Source of the DNA: Bdellovibrio sp.
GTDB lineage: Bacteria > Bdellovibrionota > Bdellovibrionia > Bdellovibrionales > Bdellovibrionaceae
DNA: 24,000 bases
Reading direction: 5' to 3'
NCBI GenBank assembly: GCA_036677065.1
Contig: JAKFBS010000001.1
Location: 616,137-640,136 of the forward strand
The notes under the pieces are model-generated. The model made no database searches, was not told the DNA's origin, and saw only the letters and a list, made by a program, of their open reading frames with translations. Both the position numbers and the translations under genes were made by a program. This document shows positions 14,591 through 22,088 of this stretch, piece by piece. The first letter of the stretch is position 1, and each line of letters begins with the position of its first letter.

Positions 14591-15811
14591 CTACTGTATT
14601 TTTTGTCTTTCGCCAAATAAAACCGTGCCGATTCTGATCCATGTCGCACCTTCTTTGAGGGCGACTTGATAATCATGGCTTGTTCCCATTGAAAGTTCTT
14701 TAATTTGTAAGCGGTCAGCCAAGTTTTTTAATTTTTTAAAATGAATTTGATTGTCTGCAGCGTCGTTTTGCAACGGCGGCATGGTCATTAATCCTACGAT
14801 CTTAACATTTGAAAGCCGAGTCAGATTTTCCCATGCGGCAATAACGCTGGCTTCGTCAAAACCCGCCTTAGTAGCCTCGTTCGCAAGGTTGACCTGAATA
14901 AAAATCTTTTGCACATGGTTGATTTCTGAAGCCTTTTTTGAAACTAATTCGGCTAGTTCCAAAGAATCGATGGCATGTAAATAGGCAAAATTATTTTTTA
15001 AATATTTTACTTTGTTTTTTTGGATCGGGCCGATCAAATGCCACTCTAAATTTAAATCTTTTAAGGCTTCGATTTTTTCTAAAGCTTCTTGAATATAGTT
15101 TTCACCGAAAGCGCGCTGACCTTGGCTGGCTAAATCGCGAATTTTTTCGATCGGCTGAAGTTTGCTGACCGCCAGTAAATTCTGACCAGCAGAAAGCTGA
15201 GCTTTGATTTGCGCCAAAGGTGATTTTTCAAAAGTCCAATTTTTACCAGCAAATAATTTTTCTAAAGCTGTCAAAGGCAAGCCCACAACGTTGTTGTAGT
15301 CTCCCACAAACTTTTCCACAAATTTTCCGCCTAAACCTTGGATGGCGTAAGAGCCCGCTTTATCCATCGGTTCGCCGGTTTTGATGTAATCCCAGATGTC
15401 TTGATCAGCTAAATTTTTAAAATAAACCTGCGATGTCTCAATATGAGAAATAATATGACCATTACTTTGGTCCAGAAGAATGATTGCGGTTTTTACTTCA
15501 TGCATTTTGCCTGAAAGTTTTTTCAAAGTATTAAACGCATCCTGTTCGTTTTCAGGTTTTCCGATCGCTAAATTTCCTAAACAAACCATCGTGTCTGAAG
15601 CCAAAATAATACCGCCTGGATTTTTGTCAGGACATTGGTCCAGACAGGCCAGAGCTTTTCTTTTTGCGATGTCGATTATTTGCTCGTCTAAGCTTAGGTT
15701 TTCATTCGGGATTTCCGATATAAAGACTGGGAATGAGACAAAATAATATCCGGCTTTTTTTAGAATTTCAGCGCGGCGTGGAGATTGCGAAGCAAGGACA
15801 ATTTTTTTCAT
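14591..15811 (-). CDS. Fusion protein: Maf-like nucleoside-triphosphate pyrophosphatase (aa 1-~190) plus YggS-family PLP-binding protein (aa ~197-406)
   Basis: The Maf part has IVLASQSPRRAEIL, ILASDT, DKAGSYAIQG and NVVGLPL. The YggS part has LLAVSK (PLP Lys), FGENYIQE, WHLIGPIQKNK, LSMGTSHDY and IRIGTVLFG. It is a single uninterrupted ORF. Confidence 0.85.
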   Translation of the reverse strand: MKKIVLASQSPRRAEILKKAGYYFVSFPVFISEIPNENLSLDEQIIDIAKRKALACLDQCPDKNPGGIILASDTMVCLGNLAIGKPENEQDAFNTLKKLSGKMHEVKTAIILLDQSNGHIISHIETSQVYFKNLADQDIWDYIKTGEPMDKAGSYAIQGLGGKFVEKFVGDYNNVVGLPLTALEKLFAGKNWTFEKSPLAQIKAQLSAGQNLLAVSKLQPIEKIRDLASQGQRAFGENYIQEALEKIEALKDLNLEWHLIGPIQKNKVKYLKNNFAYLHAIDSLELAELVSKKASEINHVQKIFIQVNLANEATKAGFDEASVIAAWENLTRLSNVKIVGLMTMPPLQNDAADNQIHFKKLKNLADRLQIKELSMGTSHDYQVALKEGATWIRIGTVLFGERQKIQ

Positions 15812-15841
15812 TCAAATTAAATTTAAACCAAAAGAGGATCT

Positions 15842-16747
15842 ATGGGTAGTGCTGAACTCATGTTATTTACCGGGCTCATCTTAGCGGGTGTGTCGGTTTA
15901 TCTTTTCATGACTTCCATTTTGGCGGGTAAACCCGGCGAAGCTCAATTGCAATGGGCGAGCGGCACTGAACCAGTTAAATCTAAAAATGGAATCATCAAT
16001 CTTTGTCGCCCGATGGTGCATCAGTTCACTCTGCAGCATGCGGCTAAATTTAAATCAGAACAATATCGTAAAAAAATTCGTCATCTGATTAAAACGGGCG
16101 GCATGTCGTCAGAGATGAACGAAGATGAATTTATCGGTTACCAATTGTTTTTAGGAATCGCGTTTCCAGTGTTTATTAACATCATGAATTTTTCTTTGGA
16201 TCTTGGTTTTTCGCCATTGATTCTTTGTATGCTTGGAGTGGTTGGCTGGTTTATGCCACAAATGCATTGTAAGGCGCAAAAAAGTGCCAGAGCCCTAAGT
16301 GTTCAGGCAGATATGCCATTTTTTATCGATCTACTTGCCTTATCAGTTGAAGCCGGTCTTGATTTTTTCGGAGCGATCCAAAAAATCGTGGATAAAGTTG
16401 CTGATCCAAATTCAGTTCTGGCTGATGAATTAAAAACCGTTTTGAAAGATATCAAAGTCGGTTCGTCAAAAACAGATGCATTAAAAGAAATGGCAGCCCG
16501 TTTAGACATGCCCGAGATCACAAGTTTCGTGGCGGTGTTAATCGATGCGGAAGCAACAGGTGCAAGTATCGCGCAAGTGTTAAAAGATCAATCGGTGCAA
16601 ATGCGTTTAGAACGGTTTGTGCGTGCAGAAAAAGCCGGGGCGCGAGCTTCGCAATTAATTTTATTACCATTAATGGGATTTATTTTACCAGCGGTATTTA
16701 TCATGGTGTTTGGCCCAGTGGTATTAGGATTTGTTTACGGAAAATAG
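15842..16747 (+). CDS. tadC: T2SS-F-domain platform protein, TadC/TadB-like
   Basis: 301 aa with an N-terminal TM, a central TM pair and a C-terminal TM. The T2SSF core is FFIDLLALSVEAGLDFFGAIQKIV...ALKEMAARL...ITSFVAVLIDAEATGASIAQVLKDQS. AGAGGA lies 5 nt upstream. Confidence 0.8.
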   Translation: MGSAELMLFTGLILAGVSVYLFMTSILAGKPGEAQLQWASGTEPVKSKNGIINLCRPMVHQFTLQHAAKFKSEQYRKKIRHLIKTGGMSSEMNEDEFIGYQLFLGIAFPVFINIMNFSLDLGFSPLILCMLGVVGWFMPQMHCKAQKSARALSVQADMPFFIDLLALSVEAGLDFFGAIQKIVDKVADPNSVLADELKTVLKDIKVGSSKTDALKEMAARLDMPEITSFVAVLIDAEATGASIAQVLKDQSVQMRLERFVRAEKAGARASQLILLPLMGFILPAVFIMVFGPVVLGFVYGK

Positions 16748-16759
16748 GAAATAGGGATT

Positions 16760-17116
16760 ATGGCGAAACTTTATAAAATACAACACGGTGATAAAGCCGA
16801 GCTTCTGATTGAAAATCTAGAGCTGGCCGAATCATTTTTTGCCCGTGGTAAAGGTTTGCTTGGCAGAAAATCTTTAGCGATTAATAACGCGCTTTGGATC
16901 AAACCCTGCAACAACATTCATACCTGCTTTATGAATTTTTCTATTGATTGTATTTTCGTAAATAAAAAAATGGAAATTGAAAAAATCGTTTCAGGTGTAA
17001 AGCCCTATAAGATTGTTGGTCCATATTGGAAATCGGCTTCAGTTTTTGAAACTGCAGCAGGATGCGCGCAAAAATGGAACCTTCAGGTAGGAGATCAGTT
17101 ATATGTGGTCAGTTAG
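16760..17116 (+). CDS. DUF192-family protein
   Basis: 118 aa. FFARGKGLLGRKSL...ALWIKPCNNIHTCFMNFSIDCIFVNK...VFETAAG...LQVGDQLYV fits the DUF192 pattern (RxxGLMGR ... hMxxxxhxLDhhFhD ... VLExxAG ... GD). Confidence 0.8.
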   Translation: MAKLYKIQHGDKAELLIENLELAESFFARGKGLLGRKSLAINNALWIKPCNNIHTCFMNFSIDCIFVNKKMEIEKIVSGVKPYKIVGPYWKSASVFETAAGCAQKWNLQVGDQLYVVS

Positions 17117-18770
17117 AGTATTGTCCGGTCCACAAACCGGACAGATCTTTGATTTAAAAATGGGTAAAAACCTGCTAGGTCGGGGAATGAACTGTGATTT
17201 TAAAATCACCTCGGGTGGTATTTCTAAAGACCACTGCGAAATTCACGTTTATAAAGATAAAGTGATCGTGGTTGATTTAAAATCAAGTAACGGAACCTTC
17301 GTAAATGGTGTAAAAATTCAAAATTCGATTATTAAACTGGGTGATAAAGTCAGCGTGTTCGATGTGATTATGGATGTGATTCCGTCTCCGGATATTCGTC
17401 CAAAACCAACAGCAGCACCTCGTCCGGTCGCATTGCGTCCGCGACCAGCACCGCAACCACAACGCCAAATGCCTCCACAAATGTACAACCAGCAACCTCC
17501 GGCATATCCAATGCAAGGCGGAGCTGCGATGCAAGCGCAAATGTATCAACAACCACTGAATGGAGTTCCGCCACAACAAAATAATTTTGGTGCGGCTATA
17601 GAAATGCCAAAAACTTTTGGCGAGCGCATTGATGAGTACATGGAAAATGTAGTGATGCCGGTATTTTATAAAATGTCGGTGGTGTTTCCATTTAAACAAG
17701 TTTTATTAGGAATGATGATTCTATTTGTCGTGTTCGTGACGATAGCTTCGATGTTTCCGTTAACGACAATTTTACGCGAATCTAATTTTAATGAAGCCGC
17801 AAAACGAGCAAAAAGTGTGGCGCGTGCGATGGCACGTATTAATGAACAGGCTTTATTATCCGGACAAATTAATAACCTAAATGTGAGCGAAGCATTAAAA
17901 GAAGATGGCATTAAAGAAGCTATCATTATTATGCAATCAGATGGTTCGGTGGTTGCTCCGACTGAAAAAGTCGGTCGTGATATGTCGAAATCTTTTGTGA
18001 TTCAAGCACGTAAAGAACCGCGTGCTCATGCTGCCCCTGTTGATGACAATACCATTGGTGCAAGTCATCCGATTGCAGCTTATGATCCATTATCAGGTGA
18101 AACTACTGTTAAATATGTAGCGATTGTCTTTTATGATATCAGCTCATTAAATGTGGACGATGGCCGTGTGATCAGTTTATTTATGCAAACGCTAGTGATC
18201 TCGGCGTTATTTGGCATTGGATTATATTTATTGTTCTCGCGTTTAATCGAATTTCCAATTCGTCAGTTGAACAAACAAATTGATACGGCCTTACGTGAAA
18301 AGTCAGATCGCACAGAAGTGGCTTTTGATTACCCTGAATTACAAAAAGCTGTGGCCAACGTAAACCTGCTTTTAAATCGTATGTGGAATGGTTTGAGTGA
18401 TTCTGAAACTATTAAACCAAGTCAAAATCGCGATGTCGAATTTTCACAAATGGTGAATATGTTAACTCAGCCTGCAGCAGTCATTTCTGCAAATGGGTCA
18501 ATTACTTCGTGTAATCATCAATTTGCAACTTTGGTGCAAACTGTACCTGAAGCTTTAATAGCGCAAAGTTATATGACAATTACCGATCAAGCGATGGTAC
18601 AGAATTTAGAAAGTTTAATGAGCCGAGCGCGCGAATTAGTTTATGAAACGCATCGAGATAAAATTCCGTTTTCTCAGTTTGAGTGTGAAATATTCTTGCA
18701 GGCGTTTTTAGACAGTGCCGGCGCACCAGAATACTTTTTTGTAAGTTTAACCAAGGTGAATGAGGAGTAA
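17103..18770 (+). CDS. FHA-domain sensor-like membrane protein (FHA, P/Q linker, TM, periplasmic PDC/Cache-like domain, TM, HAMP-like, PAS-like)
   Basis: It has a canonical FHA (GRG...SKDHCEI...DLKSSNGTFVNG, aa 1-92) and a P/Q/M-rich linker (aa 93-165). TMs lie near aa 192-220 and 356-381. A helical HAMP-like segment is followed by a PAS-like C-terminus (TQPAAVISANGSITSCNHQFATLV...). The start overlaps the DUF192 stop by 14 nt. Confidence 0.8.
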   Translation: MWSVRVLSGPQTGQIFDLKMGKNLLGRGMNCDFKITSGGISKDHCEIHVYKDKVIVVDLKSSNGTFVNGVKIQNSIIKLGDKVSVFDVIMDVIPSPDIRPKPTAAPRPVALRPRPAPQPQRQMPPQMYNQQPPAYPMQGGAAMQAQMYQQPLNGVPPQQNNFGAAIEMPKTFGERIDEYMENVVMPVFYKMSVVFPFKQVLLGMMILFVVFVTIASMFPLTTILRESNFNEAAKRAKSVARAMARINEQALLSGQINNLNVSEALKEDGIKEAIIIMQSDGSVVAPTEKVGRDMSKSFVIQARKEPRAHAAPVDDNTIGASHPIAAYDPLSGETTVKYVAIVFYDISSLNVDDGRVISLFMQTLVISALFGIGLYLLFSRLIEFPIRQLNKQIDTALREKSDRTEVAFDYPELQKAVANVNLLLNRMWNGLSDSETIKPSQNRDVEFSQMVNMLTQPAAVISANGSITSCNHQFATLVQTVPEALIAQSYMTITDQAMVQNLESLMSRARELVYETHRDKIPFSQFECEIFLQAFLDSAGAPEYFFVSLTKVNEE

Positions 18771-18778
18771 AGCACTAG

Positions 18779-20002
18779 ATGTCGACGGCTGAAAAGCTTA
18801 ACCCCGCAGTTCAAATTAAATTGAAAGTGCTGAAAGGACCGCATGAAGGGCAGTCTTTTCACCTTGCAAAGAGCTCGTTTACTTTAGGACGTGGTCCTGA
18901 GAACGAGGTCGTTTTAATTAATGATCCGCAGATCAGTCGTCAGCATGCGCGTTTACAAGTGGTTGGCCAAGATATCGAAATTATCAATTTAAGTAAAAAA
19001 AATAAAGTGATGGTGGGATCAGAAGAAATCCAAAAATGGAAACTGATCAACGATTCTACTTTTGTTATCGGTGATACAGAACTTCAAATTGCTTTTGAAA
19101 TTGAAAAAATCACCCCCGTAGCGCCGCTACCGCAATTAGTGCCTATGAGCAATTTGCCAGCGTTGCCAACACCGCCAGTAGACGGTGGAGCGCCAGCTCC
19201 GATTCCTGCGCCGCAAGCAAAAGCACCAAAAATAAAACAACAACCGGCTCAGCGAAAGCCAATGTCTGCGCCCGCAATGCGCCAACAAGCGCCGGCGCAA
19301 AGACAACAGCAAATGCAAGCACGTGGTGCGATGGCTCCGGGACGACCGATGCAACCACAAATGCAAAGACCAATGCAGCCGCAACAACAAAATGCGCAGG
19401 CAAATTTAGGTTATGCAAAACCACAGCAAGCAAGTGCGGGATTTTTTGCAAATCCAAAAGTTCGATTTTATTTAATCGTAGGCATAGCGGTCTTTAGTCT
19501 AGTTTATTGGCTGAATATGGAAGAGCCCAAAAAAGCTCAATCTACAGAGATTAAGTCGACTTTAAAATATGAAGATGAATATCTTCTTAAACAAAATTCG
19601 GTCACTGAAAAAGAGCTAGACCTGAAACGTAAAAACCAATTGGAGCAAAAGAACTCGCCGACCAATTTACGTATCCAAGAGAACTTTCAAAAAGGAATGC
19701 GTGATTTTCAGTTAGGCAATTACACTCGCTCCCTAGACTTTTTTCAGGTTGTTCTGAACTTAGATTCAAGCCATGTCATGGCCCGTAGGCATTTATATTT
19801 AGCAAAAATCCGCTTCGATGAAATCGTAAAAGCGAAATTAGCACTTGGAGAAAGTTATTATCAGAAGCATAATTTTAAAATGTGCCTGGCTAATTACCAG
19901 CAAGTTTTGACTATGCTTCAGGGTAAAAACAACGACCAAAGTTACCAAACAGCCCAAAGCATGTCAGAAAAGTGTCAACTGGCAGCTGAGGGAATTCGTT
20001 AA
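18779..20002 (+). CDS. FHA-domain membrane protein with periplasmic TPR-like C-terminus
   Basis: It has an FHA (LGRG...ISRQHARL...INLSKKNKVMVG, a divergent NG loop), a P/Q/A/M linker (aa ~111-225), a TM (FYLIVGIAVFSLVYWL) and TPR-like helices (GNYTRSLDFFQVVLNLD, GESYYQKHNFKMCLANYQQVL). Confidence 0.8.
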   Translation: MSTAEKLNPAVQIKLKVLKGPHEGQSFHLAKSSFTLGRGPENEVVLINDPQISRQHARLQVVGQDIEIINLSKKNKVMVGSEEIQKWKLINDSTFVIGDTELQIAFEIEKITPVAPLPQLVPMSNLPALPTPPVDGGAPAPIPAPQAKAPKIKQQPAQRKPMSAPAMRQQAPAQRQQQMQARGAMAPGRPMQPQMQRPMQPQQQNAQANLGYAKPQQASAGFFANPKVRFYLIVGIAVFSLVYWLNMEEPKKAQSTEIKSTLKYEDEYLLKQNSVTEKELDLKRKNQLEQKNSPTNLRIQENFQKGMRDFQLGNYTRSLDFFQVVLNLDSSHVMARRHLYLAKIRFDEIVKAKLALGESYYQKHNFKMCLANYQQVLTMLQGKNNDQSYQTAQSMSEKCQLAAEGIR

Positions 20003-20004
20003 AT

Positions 20005-22086
20005 ATGTCGAGACTGAAAGTTATATTAAGGGGAGCACAGATCAGTGACTTAAACCTTAGCCCCGATCGTGAATACGTCGGTGGCCGTAAGGAAAGTTGT
20101 GATATCCGTTTGCAACCTGAAAAAGGAATCTCGCGCGAACATTTCAAATTAAAATTTGAAGAAGGCCGTTGGGTATTAACTTCGCTCTCGCGATTTGGCG
20201 AAATCTTTTCTTTAGGGCAAAGAGTTGAATCAACTCCGCTTGAGCATGGCCAGGTTTTTCAGATTCCCCCGTATGAATTCACTTTAAGCGATATACCGGA
20301 TTCACAGAGTGATAGCGTCAATGCGAACGAAATGCCAGAGGCTGGCGAAAACGAACGTACGGTTATTGGCGTAGCCCAGCAGGTTCCGTATATCAAAATG
20401 ATGTCTTCAGATGGCGCTGTTCGAGAAATGCTTCGTTTAGAAGTAGGCGATGTCTGGGCTGCTGGCCGCGATCCATCATGCCAAATTATTATTCCTGATC
20501 AACGCGTAAGTCGTCGTCAATTTGAAGTTAGAAAAATTAATGGTATTTACACGATCATCGATTTAACCAGTGTGAACGGAACCTTCTTAAATGGTTCACC
20601 CATTTCAAGCACTGATCCCCAGCCATTAAAATCCGGTGATGCGATCACAGTTCTTGATAACACAATGTACTTCGAACTTCATGATCCAAACTTTCAATAC
20701 CGTATGGAACGCATTGAAGTTCCACCATTGCAAATGGCCGGTGCTGCAGGCCTGGACGATCTTGAAGAAATTGGTCTTGATGAAATTCCACTAGAAGAAG
20801 AACAATACGATCCGAATCAGGATATGAATTACCCGCAAGAAATTGATCAAGGTTATTACCAAGATCAGTTAAATCCGGATGGCAGCCCCTTTACGGGAAT
20901 GCCGCAGGAACAAATGCAGGGTGATTACTACAACATGCAACAGGGTGAACAAGCTTCTGAGCAACAAGGCCCACCGCCAACACCAATTGTTCAGGCCTGG
21001 AACAGATTTAAAAATAACAAACCCGTTTTCTTTTCAGTGATCGCTTTATTTTTGGTCGGCATGTATTTTTTAAGTGATATGATGAATGCGCCAGCGCCGC
21101 AAAAGAGCGGTCAGCAACAGGCTTTTAATCCGGATGATCCATTGTCACGCTTAAAACCAGAAGAGCGTGAAAATGTTAATCTGTGGTATAACAATGCTGA
21201 AAAAGCCCTTCGTCAGCAGGCGTTCACTATTGCTAAAGAAAACTTAGATAATATTCATAAGCTAATGCCATTGGGATATAAAGATTCAAAACTTTATGAA
21301 GCTGAAGCTTTAAATGGTGAACAAACTTTATTAACTCAGCAAGAAACAGAACGTCGCGAAAAAGAACAGGCTGAATTACAGGCCCTGATCAAGGCCACAT
21401 TAGAAAAATGTGAAAAGGCCATTGTGCCTGAAACCACTCCGGAAGGTTTGCAAGATTGCTTAGCGCCGGTGACAATCAATGATCCGACAAATGCAGACGC
21501 CGAAAGAATGTTAATGCAGGTTAGAAAAACAATTTCTGACCGCTTAGCTAAAGAAGAAGCAGAACGTGTGGCAAAAAATCAGCGCGAAGAATTGAAAGAA
21601 ATTTTTGAACGCGCAGAAAAAGTTCATGAAACTGGTTTTCCGAAAAAAGCCATTAAAGCTTACCGCGAAGTTATTGATAGTGATCTTCCGGATCCAGATG
21701 GATTAAAAGACACGGCGGCACTGCGAATTAAATTTATACAAAAAAAGTTAGAAGAACGTAATGCTAATAATATTTCAAGTGCTGAGCTTTATTTAAAAGA
21801 CGGTAAATTTAAAGAAGGCATCATGGCTTTGCGAGCGGCTTTGCAATTTGATCCCGATAATCAAACGATCAAAGATAAAATCGAACGTTACTCAAATGAT
21901 TTACGCAATCAGGTGAAGGTGATGTACCAAGAGTCAATCATCGATGAAAATTTTGGTTATGTAGATGGCTCTGATACCCGCCCGGGTGCAAAAGATAAAT
22001 GGAAAAAAATTATCGATATAGATTTAGAAGACGGCGATTATTACCGTAAGGCCTTCATTAAGTTAAAACGCTATGGAGTATTATAA
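20005..22086 (+). CDS. Tandem-FHA membrane protein with long periplasmic coiled-coil/TPR-like region
   Basis: FHA1 (aa ~1-95: GGRKE...ISREHFKL, lacks the S-x-NG loop) is divergent. FHA2 (aa ~135-225: AAGRD...VSRRQFEV...DLTSVNGTFLNG) is close to canonical. An acidic/Q-rich linker, a TM (PVFFSVIALFLVGMYFL) and ~330 aa of helical repeats follow. The start is 2 nt after the upstream stop. Confidence 0.8.
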   Translation: MSRLKVILRGAQISDLNLSPDREYVGGRKESCDIRLQPEKGISREHFKLKFEEGRWVLTSLSRFGEIFSLGQRVESTPLEHGQVFQIPPYEFTLSDIPDSQSDSVNANEMPEAGENERTVIGVAQQVPYIKMMSSDGAVREMLRLEVGDVWAAGRDPSCQIIIPDQRVSRRQFEVRKINGIYTIIDLTSVNGTFLNGSPISSTDPQPLKSGDAITVLDNTMYFELHDPNFQYRMERIEVPPLQMAGAAGLDDLEEIGLDEIPLEEEQYDPNQDMNYPQEIDQGYYQDQLNPDGSPFTGMPQEQMQGDYYNMQQGEQASEQQGPPPTPIVQAWNRFKNNKPVFFSVIALFLVGMYFLSDMMNAPAPQKSGQQQAFNPDDPLSRLKPEERENVNLWYNNAEKALRQQAFTIAKENLDNIHKLMPLGYKDSKLYEAEALNGEQTLLTQQETERREKEQAELQALIKATLEKCEKAIVPETTPEGLQDCLAPVTINDPTNADAERMLMQVRKTISDRLAKEEAERVAKNQREELKEIFERAEKVHETGFPKKAIKAYREVIDSDLPDPDGLKDTAALRIKFIQKKLEERNANNISSAELYLKDGKFKEGIMALRAALQFDPDNQTIKDKIERYSNDLRNQVKVMYQESIIDENFGYVDGSDTRPGAKDKWKKIIDIDLEDGDYYRKAFIKLKRYGVL

Positions 22087-22088
22087 TC

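Noticed and set aside
13994-15746. Track ORFs 13994..14293, 14938..15168 and 15480..15746 (+), and the 14581..14676 extension of proC
   Set aside because: The three ORFs are antisense to proC or maf::yggS, which have unambiguous motifs. The proC extension overlaps the upstream gene by 86 nt and precedes the Rossmann motif by an implausible 32 residues.
16303-16521. Track ORF 16303..16521 (-)
   Set aside because: It is antisense, inside the T2SSF core of the tadC-like gene.
17283-20147. Track ORFs 17283..17699, 17368..17574, 17666..17926, 18674..18862, 19136..19390, 19143..19457 and 19911..20147 (all minus strand)
   Set aside because: These are antisense artefacts of the stop-poor, CAA/CCG/ATG-rich linker-coding DNA and its neighbouring regions. 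Their R/L/H/W-rich or V/A/L-rich products have no SD or motifs.
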